64,000 nucleotides of DNA, from assembly GCA_002104945.1 (NCBI GenBank), contig MCFH01000004.1:868001-932000 (forward strand), read 5' to 3'. Under the pieces are notes generated by a model. The model worked only from the letters and a program-made list of their open reading frames with translations. It had not been told where the DNA came from and searched no databases. This stretch comes from Piromyces finnis finn (Eukaryota; Fungi; Neocallimastigomycota). This document shows positions 17,787 through 28,928 of the stretch, piece after piece. The position numbers were made by a program, and so were the translations under genes. Position 1 is the first letter of the stretch. Every line of letters starts with the position of its first letter.

Positions 17787-18775
17787 ATATCAGTAAAATT
17801 TTTAATAAGAGTTTATTTTTTTTAAAAAAAATAATATATATATTATCAATTAATAATATTTTACAATCCATTTAATGCATCACAAAGAATTGGTCCTGGC
17901 TTTTCAAAATTTCTATCAGCTCTTCTATGGGTAACAATACCAGATTCTTTATCTAATATAGCAAAATTTGACTTTTCAAACAAAATGATAAAAATATTAT
18001 CAACATTTTTTTTCCAGAAAATTATACTCTTAAAAAAAAGATTTCTATTATTTACCTTGAAAGCAATATCACCTGGAATCATATCAATTCCAGCACCAAT
18101 AGATTCAAAGGCACCTCTTCCTTTGTAGTATCTATATCATTATTTATTATTTATTGGCATATTAATTTATTATTATTGAACAACACCAAAATATATTATA
18201 AATTTATTCTTTTGAATAATTACTTTCTAGGATCATAACCTAAAATTGACATGTGAGCAGTATCAGAACCACATGCTAATCCTGGCTCTACTGGATCCAT
18301 TAAACCATTGATACCATTTTCTGTTTGTAATATGTAATATATAAATAAAATTATTGTTTTTTTTTTTTTTTTGTTTGATAAAATTAAAATTTCAAATTAG
18401 ATTTCAAATTATATAAATATATATAAATGTATTGTTGTTAATATTTATAATAATAATATATTTGATTTTCTTTCTTTTTTCTTTATTTTGAAATGTTATT
18501 TTTTGAATAAATATTACTATTTGTTTTTTGCTTTCTCTAATTTATTTCCAATACATATTAGAAATTACTTATTTATTTATTTTTTTTTTACAATTCTTTG
18601 CGGTATTATATCTTTTTCTTTTTATTTTATATATTTATTTTTCAAAATAATTACTTGAAATGGAATCAATATTTTTTATATTAGTAAAGGATAATGGAGT
18701 TTTCATGTTTGTATATGGGTGAGCTATGTCACCAACACCATCAATTAATATAAAAACTAATTTCTTTTGAACCAT
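16233..18775 (-). CDS. Cofactor-independent phosphoglycerate mutase, archaeal-type (ApgM-like, alkaline phosphatase superfamily), multi-exon
   Basis: Exons read MVQKKLVFILIDGVGD..KTPL, GLMDPVEPGLACGSDTAHMSILGYDP, YYKGRGAFES, IVTHRRADR, VPGATGDYHT.F..K and DHSCEPVP, which match ApgM-family motifs. Confidence 0.85.
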
Positions 18776-20108
18776 TTTTACTTTATTATAAAAATAGCTA
18801 ATTTTTTTTTAAAATATTTTAATGCTTTATCCTTGATTGTATTATTATTTTTTTTATAAATGAAAAGATGTTTTTTTTTATTTTCACTTTATCTTAAGCA
18901 TAATTAAATTTGATATATAAAAATTTCTTCTTTTTAAACCATAAATTTAATCTATATATTAATATGTCATTATAAACTTTATTGATTAAACTTTTTTATT
19001 TTACAATAAATTTAATAGAATATAATTTAATTAATGACTTTGATGAAAAAAGGTTTGATGGCATAAATTCAAAAATATCTTAACAGCCTTAACCTTTTTT
19101 TTTCTTTCTTTTATTTTAATCAAGTATCCAATTCCTATTATTTTTCTTTCTTTCTTTCTTTTTTATTTTTTTTTATTACTCTTTTATAATATCTAGATAA
19201 TATGTAAATATAATTATTATTTAAATTATACCATCAATAATATATTCAATTGACTTTTTAATTATTAGTATTTAATGAAATTATATTATATGATATTATA
19301 AAATATCATATTAAAGTGTTATATTTGTATATCCATATTATTTAAAAAAAAATAAAGTATATTATTGTTAATGAATTTCTTTTTTTAATTAATTTTTGAT
19401 TTGATAGTTGTTTTATTCTTTTCATGTAAAGGCTTTTTTTTTTCTTTCCTTTTTTCATAGTAAGAAGGATATATAGTAAAATTTTACTATTATCGGGTTG
19501 TATTACATAATGAATATTTATAATCTCCCATATTTATTTAAATAACTATTATACATTTATTTATTTAATATTAAATATTTATTTGTTTTTTAATTTTATT
19601 TATTTAATTTTAAATTAAAATTACTACAATATAAATTATTAATGGGTTTTTCGGTGCAATTCTTTCAATATGTCTTTTTCTGGTTTTTTCCGGTAATAAA
19701 AGAGATTTTTTAATTTATTTTAGAATATAAATAATATATGGAGAACATTTATTTGATATCATTATCTGATATATTATGTAAATATTAATCAATATATTAT
19801 TATATATTAAGAAAATATTAGAAATAAAAATAAAAATTCTGTAAAAATTTTGATGGTTAAATTAATAAAAAATTTTAATATATAAAAGAGCTTTATTTTT
19901 TCAAATTTTAATAACAAAAAATAAACTTTTATTTTTAAAAAAAATACATATAAAAATACAACTAAAATAATAATAATAATAATAGCAAAAAAAAAAAAAA
20001 AATACATATATATATAGGAATAACAATAATAGTAAAACAAATTAAAAATAAAATAAATAAAAATATAATTATAATAGGCTTAAAATTATATATTATAAAA
20101 ATATTAAA

Positions 20109-22544
20109 ATGTACTCAATTGTTGGTAAAATCGGAAAAGGAAATATAAACCAATGTCAACTAAGAAATTCAATTGCTGTAAAAAAGTTAAACATTAGTGC
20201 TTTAAGAAGTATCACTTTACAAGGAAAAACCCTTCAACCAGTACGTCTAAATATTAGCAATATTAAACCTGTTCAATCATTTCCATTACAAAATTCAAAT
20301 TGGAATATTCAAAATAAATTAAATAATTTTTCAATTAATAATGAAATAAAACGTTTCTATTCACAAGCACCTGAACAGGATACAAAATACAAGAAAGGGG
20401 AAGCATTAAAAGAATTTGGTGTAGATTTAACCGAGTTAGCTTCTCAAGGAAAATTAGATCCTGTTATTGGAAGGGAAGAAGAAATTAGAAGAACTATTCA
20501 AGTATTAAGCAGAAGAACAAAGAATAACCCAGTATTAATTGGTGATGCTGGTGTTGGTAAAACAGCTATTGCTGAAGGTCTTGCCCAACGAATAATTAAT
20601 GGGGAAGTTCCGGAAAGCATTAAGGATAAAAAGGTTGTGTCCCTTGATCTTGGTTCTCTTATTGCTGGCGCTAAATATAGAGGTGAATTCGAAGAGAGAC
20701 TAAAGGGTGTTTTAAGAGATATAACAGAATCTGAAGGTGAATTAATTATGTTTATTGATGAATTACATTTAATCTTTGGTTTAGGAAAAACTGATGGTAG
20801 TATGGATGCAGCTAATTTACTTAAACCTGCTTTAGCACGTGGAAAATTACATTGTTGTGGTGCAACCACAGTCGAGGAATATAGAAAATACATTGAAAAA
20901 GATGCTGCTTTAGCAAGAAGATTCCAAGCTATTTTAGTTGAAGAACCAACTGTCAGTGATACTATTAGTATTTTAAGAGGTTTAAAGGAAAAATACGAAG
21001 TTCACCATGGTGTTCAAATTAGTGATTCTGCTCTAGTTGCTGCTGCTCAACTTTCTAATCGTTACATTGCCGATAGAAGATTACCAGATAAGGCTATTGA
21101 TTTAGTTGATGAAGCTTGTTCAAAGTTAAGATTGCAACAAGAAAGTAAGCCTGAACAAATTGAAAATAATGATAGACATATATTAAAGTTAAAGATTGAA
21201 TTGGAATCTTTAAAAAAAGATAATGATCCATCCTCGATTGAAAGAAAGGAAAAACTTGAAAAGGAGTTAAAAGAAACTGAAGAAGAATGTGCCAAAATGA
21301 CAGCAAAATGGAATGAAGAAAAGAAAAAAATTGATGAGATAAAAGAATTAAAACAAAAGTTAGAACAATATCGTAATGAATTAGATCTTTGCCAAAGAAA
21401 AGGTGATTTATCTAGAGCTTCAGAATTAAAATATGGTATCATTCCAAATATCGAAAAACAGATTCCAAAAGATGAAAAGAAAATTGAAAGTTTATCATCA
21501 GAAGAATCTTTTATTCATGAAAAAGTTACTGCTGATGATATTGCTAATGTTGTTTCAAAGAATACCGGTATTCCAGTTCAATCCATGCTAACAAGAGAAA
21601 AAGAAAAATTAATAAATATTGAAAACGAATTGTCAAAGAGAGTTGTTGGACAACCAGAAGCCATCAAGACCATATCTGATGCTATTAGACTTTCAAAGGC
21701 TGGACTTCAATCTTCTAAACGTCCAATTGCTTCTTTCATTTTCCTTGGTCCAACTGGTGTTGGTAAAACAGAACTTTGTAAAGCTTTGACAAACTTTTTA
21801 TTTGATAATGAAAACTTTGTTCGTATTGATATGAGTGAATATATGGAAAAATTTTCTGTTTCTAGATTAATTGGTGCCCCACCAGGTTATATTGGTTATG
21901 AAGAAGGGGGTGAATTAACTGAAGCTGTCAGAAGACATCCATACACTGTTATTCTCCTCGATGAAATTGAAAAAGCTCATCGTGATGTCGCTAATATTTT
22001 ATTACAAATGCTAGATGAAGGTCATTTAACAGATTCCAAGGGTAGAGTTGTTGATTTCCGTAATACTATTATTATTGCTACCTCTAATTTAGGTGCAGAA
22101 ATGCTTGTTAAATCAGAAAGTGTTGCTGATGCTAAAGGACCTATTATGGATCTTCTTAGAAAACATTTTTCACCAGAACTTGTTAACAGATTTGATGATA
22201 TTATTTTATTTGATCGTTTAAATAAGGACGCAATAAGAGGTATTGTTGATGTTAGATTAAAGGAAATTCAAGATATGTTAAAGGAAAAGAAGATTACTCT
22301 TAATGTTGATAATGAAGCTAAAGACTGGCTTGCAAAGGAAGGTTATAGTCCAGTTTATGGTGCAAGACCATTGAATCGTGTTATTTTAAAAAATATTCTA
22401 AAACCATTATCTATGAAACTTATTGAAGGAAAGATTATGAATAATGAAGAAGTATTTATTAGTATTGATAATCAACATATCCATATTAAGGATAATCATG
22501 AAATAAATAACGACAGTAATGAAAATAAACCAGAAAAAAAGTAA
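20109..22544 (+). CDS. HSP78: Organellar (mitochondrial/hydrogenosomal) ClpB-type disaggregase Hsp78, intronless
   Basis: Two AAA+ modules ([14 protein letters not shown]; [17 protein letters not shown]) with a middle coiled coil and no ClpB N-domain. A basic/hydroxylated N-terminal leader ends KRFY|S. Confidence 0.93.
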   Translation: MYSIVGKIGKGNINQCQLRNSIAVKKLNISALRSITLQGKTLQPVRLNISNIKPVQSFPLQNSNWNIQNKLNNFSINNEIKRFYSQAPEQDTKYKKGEALKEFGVDLTELASQGKLDPVIGREEEIRRTIQVLSRRTKNNPVLIGDAGVGKTAIAEGLAQRIINGEVPESIKDKKVVSLDLGSLIAGAKYRGEFEERLKGVLRDITESEGELIMFIDELHLIFGLGKTDGSMDAANLLKPALARGKLHCCGATTVEEYRKYIEKDAALARRFQAILVEEPTVSDTISILRGLKEKYEVHHGVQISDSALVAAAQLSNRYIADRRLPDKAIDLVDEACSKLRLQQESKPEQIENNDRHILKLKIELESLKKDNDPSSIERKEKLEKELKETEEECAKMTAKWNEEKKKIDEIKELKQKLEQYRNELDLCQRKGDLSRASELKYGIIPNIEKQIPKDEKKIESLSSEESFIHEKVTADDIANVVSKNTGIPVQSMLTREKEKLINIENELSKRVVGQPEAIKTISDAIRLSKAGLQSSKRPIASFIFLGPTGVGKTELCKALTNFLFDNENFVRIDMSEYMEKFSVSRLIGAPPGYIGYEEGGELTEAVRRHPYTVILLDEIEKAHRDVANILLQMLDEGHLTDSKGRVVDFRNTIIIATSNLGAEMLVKSESVADAKGPIMDLLRKHFSPELVNRFDDIILFDRLNKDAIRGIVDVRLKEIQDMLKEKKITLNVDNEAKDWLAKEGYSPVYGARPLNRVILKNILKPLSMKLIEGKIMNNEEVFISIDNQHIHIKDNHEINNDSNENKPEKK

Positions 22545-22824
22545 TAAGTAGGATAAAAAAAAATTTAAATAATTATTTATCTAAATACTATTGCTGTATA
22601 AACTTATATCAAATATTTCTTAATATTTTTATTTATAATATTACGATTTTCTTTTTTTTTTTTTTAATTTTGTTGTATAAAGCAATTAATAAAAGTATTT
22701 GCTTTATATACCAAAAAAATAATAAATATATTTATAAGATATTATACCATTTTTTATCTATCATCATATTTAACCTTTTTTTTCTTTTTGTAGAATAATA
22801 ATTTTGTAAAAATAAAATAAAATA

Positions 22825-23091
<267 letters not shown>

Positions 23092-23274
23092 GATAAAAAA
23101 AGTAAATAAAATATTAAAAAATAAAATATTTTTAAAGGTCTATTTATTGTGTACAATAATATAAGTATCAATTTATATAATTTTATTATAATTCGATTTT
23201 GATATATATATAAATTATAATAACTCTATATTTTTTCATTTATAATTTTTTTTTTCTACATCTTAGTTAAATAA

Positions 23275-23520
23275 CCCTCTTGGGAACGTGCCTTCATTTA
23301 TTTAATAAATGTAGTTTCTCAAGGGGGTCTACTCATGCTCATGGTACTGAGAGAGTAGAAAGAATTAAATCCAAGTATTGCGCAATGGATGCTTGGTGCC
23401 CTCTTAGGAATGTGCCTTCATTTATTTAATAAATGTAGTTTCTCAAGGGGGTCTACTCATGCTCATGGTACTGAGAGAGTAGAAAGAATTAAATCCAAGC
23501 ATTGCGCAATGGATGCTTGG
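23275..23520 (+). repeat. Two tandem 124-bp monomers at the LINE 5' end, plus a partial third hairpin to 23567
   Basis: ccctcttggg at 23275 recurs as ccctcttagg at 23399. The core ctcatggtactgag occurs three times. Confidence 0.95.
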
Positions 23521-24169
23521 TTAGTCTTCAAGGGAAAATTATTAGGACTAAGCTCATGGTACTGAGCGATTAAAAAACATTTTATTCATCGAATTTAAGT
23601 ATTTGATGAATAAGTTGAATGTTTGATATTCAGGTAAGTTTGTATAGTATTTAATTAGAAGAGTAATACATTTTGTTGCTGTATTTTTTCTTTTATTCAT
23701 GTATTCTTGTAGTACTACTCTTCTCTTGTAAGAATCCAATGTAGTCAACTTTAGCATTTGCATTGTTCTTTTATATTCATGTAGCTATTGTTGTATTGTT
23801 TCTTGTAAGAGACTGATTCACTCTACATCATGTAAAAATACTATTCACAAGCTTTCTGGTGTCGACATTCTTGATTCAAATTTTTTACCAATTTAAATAT
23901 TTAATGAAAAGTAAAGTCAAACAAGTTTAGTGTCAAAAAGCGAATCGAATTTACTAACAACAAACCAAAACTAGAATTTTTAAAAAGAGTTAACAACTAG
24001 AATTCAAAAAAAGAAACTTTAAACTTTAAACAAAGTATCGTAACAATTTTTGTACTATCCAGTACTTTTAAGAAGAGAGAGAGAGACAGATTTTTTCCAT
24101 ATACGTTATATTTATAATTTTTATTAGTATTTATTTTATATTCAATTTTTTTAATTAGAATTAATTATC

Positions 24170-27100
24170 ATGTCAGTCCTTTATATTAAAGATAAGAATT
24201 ATATCAGACGTGGTACCCGGTCTTATGGTATCCCCTTAGATGATATTCGCTCCTTCTTTATCCGTGGTATTCGATCATGGTCAGTAAATATGCTATGGGA
24301 AAAACTCGAGGTTATTCTAGAAGATAAATTTAATTCAGTTATTAGTGTTAAATATTTTCAGACTTTCAATGATCACTTTTTCTTAGTCAAGGTTCATGGT
24401 TCATCGAAAGATTGTATTAAAATCTTACACATGTTAAAGAAGAAACTTTCAGTTACCTCAATTTCCTTTTCAGCTCGTAGTAGAAGGAATCACAAATACA
24501 CTTTTTCCACTCTCAAACGTAAAATTTTAGTTTCTAATAAACATCAACATTCTATTCAACAATCATTTCAACAATCAGTTCAACAATCTCATCAACAATC
24601 CGATCTTCAACTAGATCTTCAACAAGATCTTCAACAAGTTTCCAATCATGAAAATATTCCAGATCTACAGCAAACACAATTTCATTCTCAACATTCAACA
24701 ATTAATTCTAATAGCTCTATCAACTCTGATAACAGTTCAATAGTTGATAGTTCTTCAGTTTCACAGCCATCTAGTAATAGTTCTACTTATTCCTCTGATG
24801 CATCATCCATTAATAACGATGACTTTAATAATAATAATAATAGCAACGATTCTTCCTCATCCAACAAGCCTGATAACTTTTCTTTTTGTCTTAGTTGGAA
24901 CACCAATGGGTGGAATCACGAAAAGAGAGATAGTATTAGCTATTTCACAGCTATTTTCAAACCATTATTTTTATGTTTCCAAGAAACTGGTAATGGTTCT
25001 GGATCGAATACAGATTATCCTTGTCGTGTTACTTTGCGAAACTATAGACACTTTTTCAAGAAAGCTGACGAATCAGTTCCGGGAATGAGAGGTTTATATT
25101 TAGGTTTTCACAATTCATGTCAAGCCTCACTTGAAAACTTCTCTGGAAAGTATATTATTTCTATTTATACTTTTAGTCTCTGGAATAGATTCAAATGCTC
25201 GATTGGTAATGTTTATATGCCTCATAGTCATCACAACATCTATGTTGATCATGCAAAGTTAGAAGTTCGCTTGTGGTTACAAACTCATTCATCCCATCCA
25301 TCGATTCTTGTTGGTGATTTTAATATGTCTAAAGTAAAATTATCCAACTGGTTATCAACTAATGGATTAGGAGATTGGGAAATTCTTCCGCTTAGAGGGT
25401 CTACTATCTCTTGGACTCGAGGTGATCAATCTTCCGACATTGACCATGCTCTTATCAATTCGAAGATGAAAGATCTTATTCACTCAGGATCATTTATAAA
25501 TAATTTTTATCCTGTATCAGACCATAAGCCACTTCTTATTAATGGTAAAATTATTCCTATGGAAGATTTTTCTAATGACTTTAATGTTCCTAAGAAAATT
25601 CTGAAATGGAATAGATTAAAATGTATTGAGGAAAAGGAATCTATTCTCAGTCATAATAAATTCCAAATACTTTCAGCAAAATCCAACGATCCTAATGTTT
25701 CTACAGATGAACTTTCCAAAGAGTTTACTTCAACTGCTTTCTCAATTGCAGACGAGCTCAGTATTACTTCAGCAAATAATGTTATAAAGTCTTCATTTCA
25801 TATTTCACAACAAATTTTTAATCTTCAAAAAATCAAAATGAAGTTGTATAAGAGATTTAAAAAAGAAAGAATTTATGATATAGATGAATTTATTAAAAGA
25901 ATTAAAATCTACCGTAAACTCATTGATTACATCCACAAAAGATGTAATGAATTTAGGAAGCAAGAATATCTTCATTGGATTAAAACAGGATGTGAGTATA
26001 TGAAGAGTCATAATCCTAAGAAGGCCTGGAAATGGATCAAGAAAACTGCAAAAATTGGAAAAGATTCTTTCTTTATTGCTCAACCAATTAAAAATAAAAA
26101 TGGAGAATTAGTTGTTGCTACGGAAGAACAACTAGAAGTGTGGCATGATCATTTCGAAAAGCTTGCATCAGACCCAAGTGGTGTAAGTCTTGATTTGGAG
26201 CATTGGTATGAAGAACCAATGAATAAACGTTTTTCACTTCCTATGCTTGATGAGTGGGATATCAACCAAGATATTAGTATTGATGAAGTCAAGTCAGCTA
26301 TCCTCACTACTCCAAATTATAAAGCATCAGGTCCGGATGGTATTCCAATTGAATTTTACAAAGCATTAATTCCATCAAGTAATGATTCTAATAATGCTAC
26401 AGATAATAATTCTTCTGGTAATACTACTTCAGATAATGATGCTCATGGTTTAAATTTTATTCTTAAATTATTCAACCGTATTTGGGATGGAGATTTCCCC
26501 AACTCATGGAATGAATCCAGTATTGTTTCTATTCCTAAGAAGGGAGATTTGACAGATTGTGATAACTATCGAGGTATATCACTTATCAATAATGGTATTA
26601 AGTTGATTTCCAAAATTGTCACCACTAGAATCTCAGAATATGGTCTAAAGAATAATTTCATTAGACCTGAACAATTTGGTTTTCGAAAAAAGGAAGAAAG
26701 TATTAGTCTTTTCATTTCAATCCAAGAAATATGCCGTAGACGTCAATTAGATAATAAAGAGACATATTTGGCCTTTTTAGATCTCAGGAAAGCATACGAT
26801 TCAGTCCCAATCGGTAATATTCTCCATAAATTAGATTGTTTAGGAATCCGAGGTAAGAGTCTACAATTTATCAAAAATTTATATTTAACATCTAAGGCTA
26901 ATGTCAAATTAGATGGACAATTCTCGAAATCTTTTGATGTGAAGAAAGGAGTCCGTCAAGGATGCCCTCTTTCTCCTATTCTCTTTAATCTCTTTATTAA
27001 TGATATATTTAGAGAGTGCGAAGATCTCGGAGTCAGTTTAGGTGACACTCGATGCTGTGGTGGACTTTTTGCAGATGATATAGTTATTTGTGCTCCAACA

Positions 27101-28693
27101 AGAGGATGCTTAAAAAAGATGCTTAGAAGAGTTAATGAATGGGCACTGTATAATGAAATGGAATTTGGTATCCAGAAATGTTCAACGATGGTGATTCGTC
27201 CTGAATCAATAGAAAATCAGAACAAGAGAGATCCAACATTTTACTTAGCAGGACAACCCATTCCAACTACTGATTGCTATACTTATCTTGGTGTTCCATT
27301 TGATAAGAATCTGTCCCTTAAACCAGTAATTAAAGCTCTTAATAACAAGGTTTTGAAAGGACTTTTCTCAGTCAGTAAATTCTTAAGAAATCCTAATATT
27401 CCTATTCCTTTCAAAAAACTAGTACTTAACTCACAAGTAATCAGCAGAGTTTCATACTTTGCACCATTACTTGGATCCAACAAAGCTAGGTCTAGAATTG
27501 CTCAGAAGCATGTTAACAAAGGAATACGATGGGTTGCCGGAGTTCATAAAGCTGTATCGTTTATATCTTTATACTCTATCTCAAAAGATTTGAATATTCC
27601 TCCATTGTCAGCCAAATGTGCGTTAGCTCAGGTTAGATGTTTTAACAAATGGAAAAACTCAAATTGTATTATCTCACACCTTGTCAATTACATTCCTAAA
27701 TTTAGAAAATACACGTGGTGCAAATCAAGTAGGACACTTGATAAAAAACTAAAGAAACATGGAGATGTTAAAGCAGTTAAAAACTTTTATTGGAAAGATC
27801 TCAAAGGGAATTCAATCAAAGCGCAATATTATGATGATAATAAATTTATTGAAACTAAAGATTTTATTAAATTATGTTATGAGTACCCAGAGTTTGCCTA
27901 TGGCTTCTACTGGCTATTGAAAGCAAGAAGCGGATACAAGTTGGATGCTAGAGTTGCCAAAGCTGCCAAATTTGTTGATCCAGTTTGTCCTAACTACTGT
28001 CCATGTTGCAAGTGTGGTGTTCAAAGTATTAAACATTGGTTATTAGATTGTCCAACATTTAGAGATATCCGTATTAAACATTATGATTCCATAGTTCAGC
28101 TATTAAATTTTTTCAGTCAACGTAATTCCAATAGTCCTATCAATAATAATGAAATTGATAATATCAGTAGAGATAGTAATAACATTAATAGTAATAGTAA
28201 CAATAGTAGTAATAACAATAGTAATAGTAACAATAGTAATAGTAACAATAGTAATAATAACAATAATAGAAATAATAATATTAGTAATGATAGCAATAGT
28301 GAAGATAATAATTCTAATTTAGATAGTAATTTAGTTAATGATAGTAATAGTTCTAATAATCCGGTGAATATTAATGTGTATGATTATTCTAGTGTGTACA
28401 GTAAAATATTTAAATTCCTTCTTGGGGGAAGAAGTTTTAACAATATTAATTACAATTCAAGGGAATGGAAAGAACTTTGTAAGCGTCAGATTCAATCTGA
28501 TACTAACGAAGGAACACCATTCTTGACGGTAACCGCGGAACTTCTAACCAAAATCATGCCTTTTGCTATTGGCCAGCAATGGTCAATGTTCAAAAGGTTT
28601 GAAGCAACATCCAAGAGCGTCAATGCTGAAGAAACAGTAAGACAGGCCAGGAGGGCCAGCGCAACCAATGGAGATCATAATTTTGTTCCATGA
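24170..28693 (+). CDS. LINE polyprotein, 1507 aa: N-terminal extension, APE endonuclease, reverse transcriptase, CCHC-like knuckle
   Basis: APE motifs SWNTNG, FQET, VGDFN, IDH and SDH. RT motifs GPDGIP, YRGISL, FLDLRKAYDSV, GVRQGCPLSP and FADD. Knuckle CPCCKCG.....HWLLDC. Confidence 0.97.
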   Translation: MSVLYIKDKNYIRRGTRSYGIPLDDIRSFFIRGIRSWSVNMLWEKLEVILEDKFNSVISVKYFQTFNDHFFLVKVHGSSKDCIKILHMLKKKLSVTSISFSARSRRNHKYTFSTLKRKILVSNKHQHSIQQSFQQSVQQSHQQSDLQLDLQQDLQQVSNHENIPDLQQTQFHSQHSTINSNSSINSDNSSIVDSSSVSQPSSNSSTYSSDASSINNDDFNNNNNSNDSSSSNKPDNFSFCLSWNTNGWNHEKRDSISYFTAIFKPLFLCFQETGNGSGSNTDYPCRVTLRNYRHFFKKADESVPGMRGLYLGFHNSCQASLENFSGKYIISIYTFSLWNRFKCSIGNVYMPHSHHNIYVDHAKLEVRLWLQTHSSHPSILVGDFNMSKVKLSNWLSTNGLGDWEILPLRGSTISWTRGDQSSDIDHALINSKMKDLIHSGSFINNFYPVSDHKPLLINGKIIPMEDFSNDFNVPKKILKWNRLKCIEEKESILSHNKFQILSAKSNDPNVSTDELSKEFTSTAFSIADELSITSANNVIKSSFHISQQIFNLQKIKMKLYKRFKKERIYDIDEFIKRIKIYRKLIDYIHKRCNEFRKQEYLHWIKTGCEYMKSHNPKKAWKWIKKTAKIGKDSFFIAQPIKNKNGELVVATEEQLEVWHDHFEKLASDPSGVSLDLEHWYEEPMNKRFSLPMLDEWDINQDISIDEVKSAILTTPNYKASGPDGIPIEFYKALIPSSNDSNNATDNNSSGNTTSDNDAHGLNFILKLFNRIWDGDFPNSWNESSIVSIPKKGDLTDCDNYRGISLINNGIKLISKIVTTRISEYGLKNNFIRPEQFGFRKKEESISLFISIQEICRRRQLDNKETYLAFLDLRKAYDSVPIGNILHKLDCLGIRGKSLQFIKNLYLTSKANVKLDGQFSKSFDVKKGVRQGCPLSPILFNLFINDIFRECEDLGVSLGDTRCCGGLFADDIVICAPTRGCLKKMLRRVNEWALYNEMEFGIQKCSTMVIRPESIENQNKRDPTFYLAGQPIPTTDCYTYLGVPFDKNLSLKPVIKALNNKVLKGLFSVSKFLRNPNIPIPFKKLVLNSQVISRVSYFAPLLGSNKARSRIAQKHVNKGIRWVAGVHKAVSFISLYSISKDLNIPPLSAKCALAQVRCFNKWKNSNCIISHLVNYIPKFRKYTWCKSSRTLDKKLKKHGDVKAVKNFYWKDLKGNSIKAQYYDDNKFIETKDFIKLCYEYPEFAYGFYWLLKARSGYKLDARVAKAAKFVDPVCPNYCPCCKCGVQSIKHWLLDCPTFRDIRIKHYDSIVQLLNFFSQRNSNSPINNNEIDNISRDSNNINSNSNNSSNNNSNSNNSNSNNSNNNNNRNNNISNDSNSEDNNSNLDSNLVNDSNSSNNPVNINVYDYSSVYSKIFKFLLGGRSFNNINYNSREWKELCKRQIQSDTNEGTPFLTVTAELLTKIMPFAIGQQWSMFKRFEATSKSVNAEETVRQARRASATNGDHNFVP

Positions 28694-28928
28694 TAAAATT
28701 TTGATCTTTGGCTCGGTGTCCCATTGGAAGTCAAATACAATTATTATACTTTAGTATGATAGTGGCTTTCTTACTTTAATTAAAATTACTAGAATACATT
28801 ATACCCAATTTTTATTCATTTGTGTTTATTTAAACATATTTTTTTTATTTTTATTTATTTTTAATTTTTTATTACATGTATTATAATTTTAATTAAATTA
28901 ATAATAAAGTGTAAAAATATTTGATGCC

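Noticed and set aside
23340-23400. Hammerhead ribozyme (CUGAGAGAGUAGAAAG resembles CUGANGA...GAAA)
   Set aside because: There is no stem II between the motifs, and no NUH triplet is positioned between workable stems III and I.
23275-23400. Canonical HDV-like, pistol or twister ribozyme
   Set aside because: The topology is partly reminiscent (P1 at the 5' end, loop pseudoknot, UUAAAU linker), but I could not place the HDV P3/L3/P1.1, the pistol AG and GCG, or the twister L4 residues.
23275-23520. CRISPR-like array interpretation of the 124-bp repeats
   Set aside because: The units are contiguous with no unique spacers, there are only two, no cas genes are present, and the context is a eukaryotic LINE 5' UTR.
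23554-23763. 69-aa antisense ORF in the LINE leader as an ORF0-like gene
   Set aside because: It is short with no motif, and the frame near its 3' part is changed by single-base indels in copy B.
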